From Podarcis melisellensis (taxonomy: Eukaryota): a stretch of 64,000 nucleotides of DNA. Positions 49,321-61,900 of this stretch are shown one piece after another; position 1 is the first letter of the stretch, and each line of letters starts with the position of its first letter. The notes under the pieces were generated by a model. The model made no database searches, was not told the origin of the DNA, and worked only from the letters and a program-made list of their open reading frames with translations. The stretch lies in NCBI GenBank assembly GCA_964234715.1, contig OZ174275.1; one strand, written 5' to 3'. Made by a program: the position numbers and the translations under genes.

Positions 49321-52175
49321 GTAATGAGGGCATGAAAACCATTCAAGGGCACCTATGCAGGATGCATGATTTGTGGTAATGTAATATGTGTGTTGTGTCA
49401 GGAACATTTTATTCAAAATTCTGATATTTTGGTGTCCATGTGAATGAGTCAGGATGTGCTTGAGAGGGGAGAAGGTTGATTATGCCCCTATAGAAGTGAT
49501 CACAGGTAGAGTTTCTAGAGGGAGGGTGAGAGGCACAAAAGATGTCATTGCTCCATGTGATTATAAAATTGTGTGTTGCACCAATGGCATATTATTGTCA
49601 CCTTTTTAATGATTGATATAAAAAGGGGCACATATATCACTCAAGTAATTTTCTTCACTGCGGATATTTACCCCCCCCCCCAGGAATTGTTTTCTGAAAA
49701 TCTGGAAACCATACTGTTGATAAATATTAGCTCAGATTTAAAGAAACAAAACTTGAGATCCCTTCTACAATTGAAAATCAGCCGTGAAGTGTGGTGCAGT
49801 GCATGCCACTTGTATCGCATACTAATTTTTGCCATCCAAATGTAAGTGAAGACCTTAAAACTGCTCCTGTCACTTAGTTTGAGGGTTTCACTCTAATCAC
49901 TCCTTGCAGGGGTAGCCACTTATAAGTTTTTCTATCTTAGGCTATTTCACCTTAGACTCTTCACCACTGGTTAATGATCCAGGCCAATGTGGGTAGGTGA
50001 TAATTATGGATGATGCAGAAGACTGCAGAATTCCTGCTTCAGCTCTGACACAGAGTCACTGTCTGGGCAAGGGTGTCTGCTGCAGTTCCTTAATCACTGT
50101 GGGTGGACTAGTACTTAAACAGCAGATGGAGATGTAAATCTTGGATGCATTATGCTGAGTTTTTATATTTTATATGTAAAACTAGATGTCAAGGAAAGGT
50201 GTGCTGGCTTATCCTTTTCCCTAACATTTATGTGGAGACAAACATTCAATCATCTGAGCTCCTAACTACACTCTGAGTAAAATTCAAGCACAGGCTTCTC
50301 ATCTATGGGTCCATCACAGAGGGGTGAGTGGAGCAGGTGCAGGGACCAGTTTGTGTGGTGCCAGGGAGAGACTAATAAAAGTGTTGCTATATTGGCACTG
50401 AGCAGATCAAGAGCAGCTTAACATTGACAATGGGATGCAATGCTTCTGTCCTAGTCCCGCTTTCTGGGCCTCATCACAAGGCCTCTGCCTTCAGATATCA
50501 GTCAGTTGCTACTTGAGCAAGTAGGAAAGGTCCTCATCAGGCCTTATCATCATCATTATTATTTACTTATTAAATCTGTATACTACCCTTCACCTGAAGA
50601 TCGCATGGAGGTTACAAACAATATAAGCCCTACTAATGTGTTTCTGAAGTAGAATTCTAGTTGTATCAGAGCAGCCACCACAAATAGAGCTGGCTCCCAA
50701 CACTTCATTGTTAACCTATCTAATTTTGCTGCCCCTACAGCCCTATTCCAGGTTTGATCCCAAATCTTGGCGGCAATTACTAAGCGGTCTTATCCCAAGT
50801 CAGACCATTGTTTTCCAGCCAAGTATTGCTTTCTTTGACTATCACCTGCACTCCAAGAGTCTTGTGCAAGGGTCTTTCCCATCACTTCCTACATACTTTC
50901 TTTACCACTGAACTGAGAGCAGAGAGATTAGGTAGTTGAAAAATAATCCTTGAGATTATGCTGACCATTGGAAGAGCTCTGTACATTACACAGGCGTGTG
51001 CTTGAGCAGATGAAGGAGGAACTCATGCAGCAGTTGAAGGACCTTGCTTGGTCTCTGAGCACTCAAGGGGGAAGCCTGTGCTAAGTCTGTTCTAATGTAT
51101 TATGGGTTCCTTTACACATGCCGTTGCCCCTCTGCAAGTACGCAGAGGTATCAGGGGTGAGGTGTACACCCATGTACACATATGAAAATCATGCAGTTTT
51201 ACCACTGATGGTTGTATTAGGAAGTTGGTGCAGACTGTGGCTTCCAAACCAGTGCTACCAACCTATATACATAAAATGGAACTACTTCAAACTTCGTTCT
51301 ACCAAACTTTTTATTTTACTTTTTAAGCTGCCTATCATGACAGTCGGGTTGTCTGGCACATGAAAGTTGCTGATACATTTAAAGTCATTTGGAAGTAATG
51401 TATTGTCTGTGGCGTTAGCTTATGAAAATGCATGATTAAATTACTCTGGCATAGTTCTTATTATGATAAATTGTCACACATCCCTGCTTGTTTTAATTTA
51501 GCCAGGGTATTCTTTGGGGGAACAGATTGTGTGCCTGTGCATGATGAACCAATGCAGGAAGGTCCTTTGGGCACTACTATAATACAAATCACAAAATAAG
51601 GGCTTCTTCACAGTTATTAAGTGTATTCACCCTAGGGTCTTTCTATGCTAAAAATGAAGCTCAGGACTCACACTACCTGCTGAAGACTCACATATTGTTT
51701 TGCAGTTAAATAGTTGTAGATAATGCACATATGCTTTAAAAGATTTTGTTTGCAGTTATAAGTACCACTGCCTATAACCCTGCCTATATATGTGTATTGT
51801 ATAGACATAATGTAGACAAAGAACTTGCATTTGTGATCTTGCCCATGCTTACTTGGAGCTACATCCCAACACATTAAGTGGAGTTTATTTCTAAGTAAAT
51901 AATGATAATTAACATTTATCTGACATTTAAATTAGGAGTAAGGAACATCAGGTCCGGGTTCCAAATGTAGCCCTTCGGGACTAGCTCCCTCTCTCGCTCT
52001 CAAAACTCTCCCTAGGCCACCCACTCTCCCCTCTGGCTCCACCCACCATTGAAATGCAGCACCCAGAAAATTCCCCAGGAGATACACTGGCCCTTAGACC
52101 ACATGTTCAAAGTGCAATCCTAACAAAAAACCAAGTTAGTACTACTGCCTAACTTGTTAAAGGTTGGAGGTTGGG

Positions 52176-52187
52176 GAGAGACAGAGA

Positions 52188-52228
<41 letters not shown>
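52176..52228. repeat. (GA)n microsatellite
   Basis: Seen directly, with GACA interruptions. Confidence 0.9.
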
Positions 52229-52232
<4 letters not shown>

Positions 52233-52234
52233 CA

Positions 52235-52326
52235 CATGGCTTGCTTAGGTCAGCCTAGTGATTTCATGGCAGAAGTGAAGTTTGAACCAGAGAATTTCTC
52301 TTAACCACTACTCTGCAACAGCTCTC
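52235..52326 (-). mobile_element. Old MIR/Squam3-like SINE head fragment
   Basis: ttaggtcagcc...ttcatggcag...tttgaaccag...cttaaccactact...gctctc. Confidence 0.45.
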
Positions 52327-55300
52327 TTTGGGTTGCATCAGGCTAAGTCACACTCAGAGGGAAAATCCCATTGAAATCATGGTTAACTTAAGCCTGTTGA
52401 TGTCAGTGGTTTCTTTCTTTCTTTGTTTTTGAAAGGATGACTCTCTGTTAATACACAGGGCTGCAACACTATGCATACTGCTCTTACTCTGCTCTTATTC
52501 AGTAGTAAGCATGCAAACAGTGCATTTTGAGACATTCATGGCAATATGTCAGATGATAATGCATTTGGGATAAGAGCATGTATTATTTACCAAAATAGTT
52601 GTCAACAAAACAATGGGAAAGTGGCAAACAAGGAGATAAAGCAAGTATAACACAAGGCATGAAAATACAAAGGCATGGCACTTGCAAGCTGATATTAAAT
52701 GCTGGGTGGTTAAATGAGGAGGTGCAGTTTTCCTGTTGCTAGTAAACCAGAGGAACAGCCAGGTGTAAACACCATGCCTGCATTGTAGGTGAGGTGCTGT
52801 TTAGTAACAGGGAAATGATTTTTGTGTGGTTGTGCAGTCTCTCCCCTCTTCATGTGTTTACCTAAGCCATTTGCAGAAAGACTTAGGACTTAGGACATCT
52901 GCTTTTCATGCTTCATCTGCCACATCTGAAGAAGGAAGTCATCTTCCAGAGAATAAAAGGCATAACCTGTTGCCATTACATGGGTGCTCTTGGTGACATG
53001 TATGTCTTTTTTCTTTACTTTTCTGTAACATCTGAGACAGATCTTACTTGTCTAACCTCTTTATAGTTTCTTAACCTCTTTATAGTTTTAATGAGCTCTC
53101 CAGTAACTTCTCCAAGTGCAGAAAAGCTTTGATGGCTACTATAAAACTCAAGGTGGATTCTCTGAGTGGCTGCAATCCATATTGCATCAAGTGTAGAAAG
53201 CAGCAAGTGCAGAAGCTGGTCAGTCCTGCATCTTCAAGCCTTAGTCTCACCTGGGGATGCTGATATAATATGAGGGAAAACAAACTACCTGCAGCCTATG
53301 ACTAGGATTCTCTCTTGAATCTAACACACTAATTACAATCATTGCTCCTGGAGAACTCCTAACAATCAGGGGCTATTCAAATGTTATCCTTGCCAGATGG
53401 GAGCTGCTTTCACCCCCAAGCACTACATCTATACAGCTGGGATAATATTTAAAAGAAACTGAAAAAGAGGCAGGCAAAAGTAGCATCGAAATAGTGTATT
53501 TTATTTACAAAAGCGCTGCAACTTTCTGTTATTATGCTGGATGTGTTTCAAGTACAAGTCTTCATGAAGGACAGTAGTTATTTATTGTCGCCTGTGAAGG
53601 AGTTTCTTTGCCCTTTGGGAGAACAATCTATGAATAAGCTACACAATTTTTTGGGCACTTGTGAGGTTCACTTCTTTGAGAGTTTTCATTTGTTTTGAGG
53701 TGGCGCTGCCTATTTTCCCTGACATTTTTTTAAATGACTGAGCCATGTAGTCAGGAGCCAGTCTTTGTAGGTTCTGGCTACAGAATCCATGCCGTTAACC
53801 CCCAGGCAATATAGGTCACTTGTATGTCTAGAGTCTAGACTGCCATTGTTAGACATTTGTGCTTTGGATCAGTTCTTGTTCATCACTTCTAACTGGACAA
53901 ATGGCATTTTAAAAGCCAGGTCTAGCACACAGCAAACTCGCATGGCAAAGAACCGGGTCTTCAGTCATCTTTTTGCTGAGATAATCTGTGCCTGAGCTCA
54001 AGCACACAAAGACACTTATTTTAACTTATTTTTTATTAAAATGTGTGCTAGTATAGTATGTTCCTTATTCCTTGGTGATATGGTAGTATCCAAAAATATG
54101 TGCTATCTAAGTTGGGCTGCATAATCTACCCATCTAAACACTCTCAATATTTTGTGAACAACTCCTCAGACTGTTTTACTTCTATTTTGCCACTATTCTA
54201 ACTGCCCTACACTGTAAACTAAGGACTATTATAAGTGAATTTTATTTCCCCTTTATTCAGTGATGGTGAAACTGGACTTCCAAATGTACAGTTCCAAATT
54301 CAATCAGCCCCAACCAGCATGGATAATGGTCAAGGATGATGGAAGTTGGTGTTCTTGCCTGTGGTTTTGGTTTTCTTTAAATCCACTTCTTGTGGGGGAA
54401 AAAAGAACGTGCGTTTTCCATGCAGGATGGTACTATAGCATCAGCAATGATTACAAACACAACAGTTGCTCCTAGCAATTGTGAAGGAATGCCTTACAGT
54501 TTCATAGTTACTTCTTGAAGGGAGGAGGTCTTTCTCAGCCTCACAATAAGCAGCAAATTGGCTTGGTGCCTTGTTTTTCTCAGCCTGATGATATTTATGC
54601 TCACAGGCGCAAAAAAATCCTGGCTTCTAAAAATTGGTTTTGACTGACAACACCCATGCATGTTTTCTTTCCAATCAAGATATTTGATGAATAAAAAGTT
54701 TCTATAGCAACAGGTTAAAGAAGAGAAAAGGATCTGCTTCTAGGATTTTATCCGGCGTATGATGAAAATACAAAAAAAAGTAGCTCTGCTACTCTGATTT
54801 AGTTGGTGTGGCCTTCTGTAGATTGTTGCTCATCAGTTCTGATTGCTTGGAGATGACAAAAATTAAGTTGGAGAAGAAAGTGAGTTCTTAGGGTTGAGAC
54901 CACCAGTTCCCATCAAATCACTGACAAACATTTCAGAGCAGTTTTTAATGGTACAGAATTAGGGATTAGGGACAGCTACAGCAATCCCTTTCTTTTTTCC
55001 CTTTTTTAAAGCATCTGTCACTTAATATATATATATTTTTATTAGAAGTCTGCAAAATTCTTAAAATAAGAGTTTTAAAAAAAAACTTTAAAAGAGGGAA
55101 ATACAATGGAAGAGCAAAGTTACAGATAGACAAAATAGACATATGGATGAAAAATGTTAAGGGCATGCAGTTATGCAACAGGCAGGTCCATCCAAAGAAG
55201 GTTTCAGGACAACAGGGTTGACTTCTACAAAGGATCAGTGCTGCCTTGCCTCAAGGCAAAGTGATGTACTTCAGAGGGGGGTCAGCTACTGGATATAGTT

Positions 55301-57384
55301 AATGGTAGGATTTGGTTCCTGAGTGGTGCCATGAGACTTTTAAAAGTGTTGCCCTTGCTGGAAGGCACCATTAGGGTTCTGCTTCAGATAGCAAAATATC
55401 TCGAGCTAGCATTATCATAAGCAATCAATGGATAGCATTTTGCTTGAAAGGGGTTTGGTTTTTAGTCATGCTTGGAAACAATTCTCCAGGCAATATACAT
55501 TGCATGGAAGAAGAGGGAAGGCTGAGCCCACTGGCCCTGACTCCGCAGTTATGTCCCCCCTCTGGCCTTACCATACACACCCACACCACCCACCATCCAC
55601 ACATTGTCATCATGGTGTTTCCTCCTAATCATATTTTCATTCAAGATGGCAAGTTCTCACATAGCAATCAGTGAAATCTAGCACAAAGTTTCAAGCAGCT
55701 TGCACTTAAGTGGTGCAGTGTTGAACTTTTGATCCATCCATACTGTGTACTTAACAGTTTCTGTGGTCAGTGGTTCTGCAGGCTCCAGATTAGCAAATAA
55801 TAGGACCATTGGATTTAGGAAACTGGGTTTTTAACATTTCCAAATTCTGTTAGGAACAGAATGCCTACTGCATAATCTTGTGATTTGTGAAGAAATGTCA
55901 ACTCTGATAAATCTGAAACCAATTGATTTTTGTTTTTGTACCATGAAAATTGGATAAGATTTGCTCTCCTGGTAATGATTGATCTCTTTTAGCATCTGTT
56001 TCTTCAGAACACAATGTAGTAATTTATTTAATTTTTTTATTACTAATCTTTAATCTAGTGCTGTGTTTGTTGAATGCAGCAGACAGCATGTCCAAACAGG
56101 CTGTGCTCAACTGGACAATAATTGGAATAAATTTTTTAAGACACAAATTTATTTATGTGCTCATTGGTTTCTTTGAGCCCATTATATTGCTGAGTTATTG
56201 GATGACATGGTGATTTGATTGCAAATGGCTAAATGACGTTCTGTCAATCCAGTCAGACTTGGAAAACACTGTTGTCATAAAATCAAGGACTGATGTCTCT
56301 TCTTCATTTGTTGCAGTTGCTTAGATCATTTGACATGGTAACCTGAAGATCGTGATAAGTTATAAGAACATCATTTTTTAATGGCCCTAGGAATGCTCCC
56401 TTCCATCTTAGACAAGGACTTGCAAAGGAGAAAGATGTTGTGGGGTTCATATGGTGACAGGGAGGGGGGGGTCCAAATTTCACATGCAAGAGATGTGGTT
56501 ATGGAGTTACAATAGAGATCTGTCCATTTCCTCAAATAGCTAAGGCCCATGAACTTCCATAACTGAACATCCTTAACCCAAGGCCTCATATATTCAGATG
56601 TGTAACAGCATTGTTTTAACAAACAAGTTATTGTAAAAAATAAAGCAAGCAAATCAATCTACCCTAGATTAGTTCACAGTTCTCAACAGCCCTATGTAGG
56701 CTCCTTCAGATTATAACTTTGGCAATCTGAAGAAATGCCCTGTTTCCAAGGTATCTTCTTCCAAGGTATCTTTTTAGAGTATCAAAGGGTTCAGTTATGA
56801 CAACGCCCTCTTAAACTGGGGGAAGTTGTTTATAATGCTCTGAGGTAATATCCCCATTTGTAGCATAAGGTTACCCAAATGCAACCTTGGCATTAATTTT
56901 TAAAAATGTGTGTGTGCGTGTGTGCATGCGTGCACGCACACACAAACATTGATGCCCCTGTCTGCAGTTCAGATGTACCACAAAGATTATTGGCATGGCT
57001 ACTAAAGAGGCATAAGAAGAAGATATGTCTAAAATGTGATATTCTAAGGGCTGCCAGAAGAGCTCAGATTTACCTCTGTCTTTACAAACTTCAGTGGCAA
57101 GTATGGCTTTGCGATACTTACTCTGCATCAGATTCTGAATCATCAAGGCTGCTCCAAGACATTTTGCTACCTTAGGCAAAGGACAAGATGGCACCTCCTG
57201 TCATTCCATGTACAGAAGGTGGTCAGACTGCCAGGTGAGTCTTACTTCAATGTGGGCTACCTCCACTGCACCTGATGGCCTCGGTCTGGCTTATGGAACC
57301 CAGGTTATGTACTACTCGGCCCATATAGCTCTGCCCTCCAACATCTCTCTGCCACTCCCTCCTTCCAGCATCAACTGTCCAAGG

Positions 57385-57832
57385 CAGTGGTTTTCAATCC
57401 CTGCTAGGCACCCTGGGGTGCCTTGCGGGGTGCCACAGGCAACACTGGCCTCTGTCCCTCCTTCCTTCCCTCCCTCCTCAGATGCCTTCTCATGTCTCTG
57501 CCTACCAAAGGTTTGCATAGCTGTTTGTTGCAGCAGCCCTGGCTGCAAGTTCTTCAGTCAAATGGTTCCCCAGTCTGGGGCTGGTCTGAGGGTGCTTCCC
57601 AGTCCCCTGTGGGGCAGTGTGAGGAGGCAGCACCCAAGGAGACTCCCCAGGAGAGGGAAGAGGAGGCTGAGGGAACCCTCCACAAGGAACGGTATTCAGA
57701 AAGGGGTGAGGGGCTGCCAGCTCTGCAGGCAACAGGTGACATAACTGGGCTCCTAAGCCCCACAGGGGTGCTGCAGAAAGAAGGGAGTTGATCAAGGGAA
57801 TCGTGGGCTCAGTCGTGGGTTGAAAACATCTG
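57385..57832. mobile_element. Non-autonomous hAT DNA transposon
   Basis: TIRs cagtggttttcaa / ttgaaaacatctg with an imperfect 8-bp TSD (gtccaagg / gcctaagg). The GC-rich interior explains the cluster of spurious ORFs here. Confidence 0.7.
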
Positions 57833-58379
57833 GCCTAAGGCATCTGGTAGAGCCACCCCTGCAAGTCAGCTATAATGCAGTCAGTGTGTTTACCCGTGAT
57901 CCTTTCACTTTATCTATTTACTACTCCTTTGTTGCACAGTGAAAGTTAAAGCCCTCTTATCCTGTCAGTTTTATGTAAAGCAGGAAAATTCCCCCCACCC
58001 CTTTTTGGTACAGTAAGCAGCACTTCATTAGTTGCTCATCACTTTTTTTAGCTGCTCGTCACTATTTTATGTCTGATTGAAAGTTATTCAAATGTACCCA
58101 AAGCTTTTTCCTGTGCTGCAGAGTACAGAGAAGCTCCCTGGGAATGTGCAAATGTAGTGGAAGTTTTCCAAGCGATGAAAGAATTGCTAATGTTTTATGT
58201 TAACAACAATTTTTTGAAGAGTTTCATCCATTCTATAATTCCAAGCTGCTTTGTTGCAACATTATTTGAAGTCTTCAAATAGAGATTGTCCTTTATTACC
58301 AGAACGGTAGAAATAACCTAGTAGTAAGAGCCAGTTCTGGCCACAACTTTGTTTAATGCTTATACATTAAATGCTTATA

Positions 58380-58621
58380 CAGTGGTACCTTGGTTCTCAA
58401 ACAGCTTAGTTGTCGAACAACTCGGCTCCTGAATGCTGCAAACTCGGAAGTAAGTGTTCTGGTTTGCGAATGTTTCTTGGAAGCCGAACATCCAATACAG
58501 CTTCTGCTTGAGTGCAGGAAGCTCCTGCAGACAACCGGAAGCCACGCCTTGGTTTTTGAATGGTTCCAGGAGTCGAATGGACTCCCGGAATGGATTAAGT
58601 TCAAGAACCAAGGTACCACTG
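58380..58621. mobile_element. Tc1/pogo (Tigger-like) MITE
   Basis: Perfect 18-bp TIR cagtggtaccttggttct / agaaccaaggtaccactg and TA TSD. Confidence 0.9.
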
Positions 58622-58801
58622 TAATATAAAAAATATTAATAGGCCATTCATACCATAAGTTCAAACAAACACACTTGAATATCTTATAATCAGATTTCTT
58701 CCAAGCAGTCATGCGCCTGCCTATAAACTATTGACCGGTTCAGATAAGTCACTCTCCAGCTCAATTTCTGCAAGCAGTGGATAGCACAGTCCATACCCCA
58801 T

Positions 58802-58945
58802 TAAGAACATAAGAGTCCTGCAACAGACTAAACACCCATCTAGCCCAACATCATGTTCTTATAGTGGCCAACTAGATAGCTGCTGGAAGCACAAAAGTGT
58901 AGGACCCGAGTACAAGCGATTCTTGTCCTATATCCGCACCCACCA
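58802..58945 (-). mobile_element. CR1 3' end remnant
   Basis: taagaacataagag...cccatctagcccaacatcatgttcttatagtggccaac. Confidence 0.55.
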
Positions 58946-61900
58946 GCTCATCCTGGTCCCCAGGAGAGAAAAGCTTCCCATGGGGTTCAGGACAGGGAAG
59001 CAAGAGATGGCAGCACAGCAGCTCTTCCTTGGATGCAAGAGGACCTCCCTGCTTTCCCCATATTCTTCTTTCAAAACAGAATCCCAAAAAAGTTTCATTC
59101 TTTGAGGACCAGGATCGGCTGGCTAGTGAGGGCAAGGCCAACAGTTGGATGAATTGTTAGATTTCAAGTGGCCTAATCATACAATAAAACACCCCTTAGT
59201 TCAGTTGGGCCACTTTAAGGACCCAACTTATTTTAAACAGATATTTTTCAGTGTGGTCTTGATTGCAGAGAGACTGCCCAGTGGAACCCCTGTATTTCCA
59301 TTTTCTCTTGTTTCAGTGCAGATGTTTCAGGGCTACAGGAGCAGGCAATCCTAGATACCACTGAGCATGCTCAGCAGCTTCAGTGCAGGATCAGTCACAG
59401 CTCTATATCCATCTGATCTATATCCATCTGGGGGAAAATATTGACAAACTATGCCTAGCAGTATATGAAAAGTGTTGCGAATGAACTTCTGTTACTACTT
59501 AAAGAGTCTTTCTTCCGAGAGCGTGATTTTAAATGGCCAGTTAAAAAGTCAATTCTCTGTGCTACTTTTATCAGTGTAAATGAATAAAAAAAATTTGAAA
59601 TCCTGTACAACCCCTCTTATTGCAGTCTATATTGAAACAGATTGTTTCATTTGTCATGAATCATATTCACTTTTTCAGTCTTGGAGCACCCGGTAAAAAA
59701 ATATGCCTGTTTATGGAATTTGCATGGGTACAGCTGCAGGCTAAAATGCTTTGATGTAAATCTGATGAGGCTTGACTCCATCCTCTACAGCTGAACAAAA
59801 AAATACATTGTGATAGTAAGAACAAATTGGCTTTAATGTGTTTCTGGTTGCTTGTTGCCATTAAACAATGAAAGAGGAAATGATAAATCAATATCTGGTT
59901 CTTCACGTAGTGGAGAATGCACATAATATCAATTATCATTCTTAGCAAAGTTAATTCTCAAGATATACTTTCCAGCCTTATCTGGGTTACTTACCTGGGT
60001 GACCAGAATGTTTCATCTGTATTTTAGACACAGACAAATTGAAATACCTGACAGTTGTATGATACAGATAATCCTGGGGCAGTGATGTAGGCACTATGAA
60101 TGCCATACTTTCTTTATCTGTCTAAAGTCCGCCCCCCTAATATTTATGTGAGGGGTGAAGAGCCCTCAGCCTGTGGGTCAGACACGGCCCATCGTTGGGT
60201 TTCATTCACCCCAGAGGTCCTTTCCCACCCACTAGCAGTTCAGCAGGAAGCAGCTGAGAAGAGAAAGGGCTTTGACGTTGTGCAAAGTGCAAGATCTTCT
60301 GAAAAGCAGATCAATACAAAAGGAAAATGCCTCAGTAGGGTGGTAGGTTCGTAGTGCTTGTAAATGTGCAGAAAGTGTGCCTGCATTTTGCAGTTGCTTG
60401 TGTGCGGTTCTTTGACGTTTGAGGGTTTGACTCGTTTCAAGGCAGGGATTCCAGTTTAGCTGTCCACTGGTGCTGTTAGCAATCTTCTGTTGGGATTATA
60501 GAAGGGTGGGGTTTTGTTTTGTTTGCATGCTTGGAGAGTGACCCCTCCCATTTCCTCCTACAAACTTTGTAGGAAAAAGTTTGTGGAGAAAATAAAAGGT
60601 GAAAATTAACTATATGCTTCAGTTTCCATGGGAAAAAACTGTTTATAAGTGGCGGGGGGGGGTGAGTGTGTGCATAAAGGATGTGTCATTGGGTGTGGGT
60701 TTCACTTACCCACTTTTGGAATATGCCCGGCCCAGCAGCTCTCCACCAGGTTATGCAGCCCTTTCCCCCAAAATGGTATCCAACTCCGATTCATATACAG
60801 AACTTCAGCAAAGCTTCCAAGACTGTTTACAACCCCCACTTTTTATTTTTGCTGCTGCTGCTGTTGTTGTTTCACTTCCTTTTTCTTAAATATACATTTG
60901 CAGTAGATGAATAATTTAAAAACAAGATAAAAATACACAAGATAACAGTGTGTTGTTTTAAAAACACAATAACAACATTTTTAAAGTGTTTAAACTGGGA
61001 GAACACAAACGTATTTGGCTGATCACAATGTTGGCACCCAGTGAGGCTCCCTGCATATAGAATTCAAAAAAATAAATAAAAATTGAGTATCACCACTGAA
61101 GAGATTTTCTCTCTACCTGCCACTGATCTCAAATATCACTTGCTTTATCTCAGATGTCAGGTGTACCTAGAGGTTATGGGGGGGGGGGAATGCTTGCCCA
61201 AGACTCCAGAGAGTTGCTGCCAATCGGAGCAGATAAAACTGGATTAGGCGGATAGTCTGGCCTCGTCTAAGGCTGCTTCCTGTGTTGCTGGCTGCACTCA
61301 AGCTTCAAAACCCCATTCACTATTGAACAGCTGAAAAGGGAGGGTGTAATTTGGAGGAGACAAGGGCTAAATGCTACCAACACTCTGTTAACCTTAACCT
61401 TACACGCAGCTTAATGTGTAAAATGCTACAATCATAGGCATTGCAAGACGTGGAGATGTTTTTCTGCCCTCCCCCCTTCTTTCGGGAAATTTTGTTTAAT
61501 ATGTTCTGTGCAGAGCGGCTTAAGATAGGAAGCACAACCAGCTTCTACTTAGCACAGTTGGTAGAATGAAGCTCTCTTTGTGCTTAATTCTCATTCAGGT
61601 GCCATTGAGTTCTCTTAACAATGGAACTGTCCAAGAGAACCCATTATTTGTCAGATTGCAGCAACCTCAGAATACAGCTTGAATATGTGATGCTGTGGCT
61701 ACCAGACTGCTATTAAAGCTTTTGGAATTATTCTTTATTCTGCTAGCTTGAAAGTAATATAGGTTGATATACCAATCTATTAGTATAAAGAAGCAGTATT
61801 TCCTCCTAACAATTATAGGCCTGTGGTGGGGGAGAGGAGGATGCTCTTAATAATACCTGGGTAGAAAGTGCTGTACTGGTGAAATTACCAAGGTAGCATT

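Noticed and set aside
57208-57795. Cluster of long overlapping ORFs
   Set aside because: Explained by the GC-rich interior of a non-autonomous hAT element; no transposase motifs.
60458-60477. REST/NRSE-like gctgtccactggtgctgt
   Set aside because: Non-canonical spacer and incomplete half-site.
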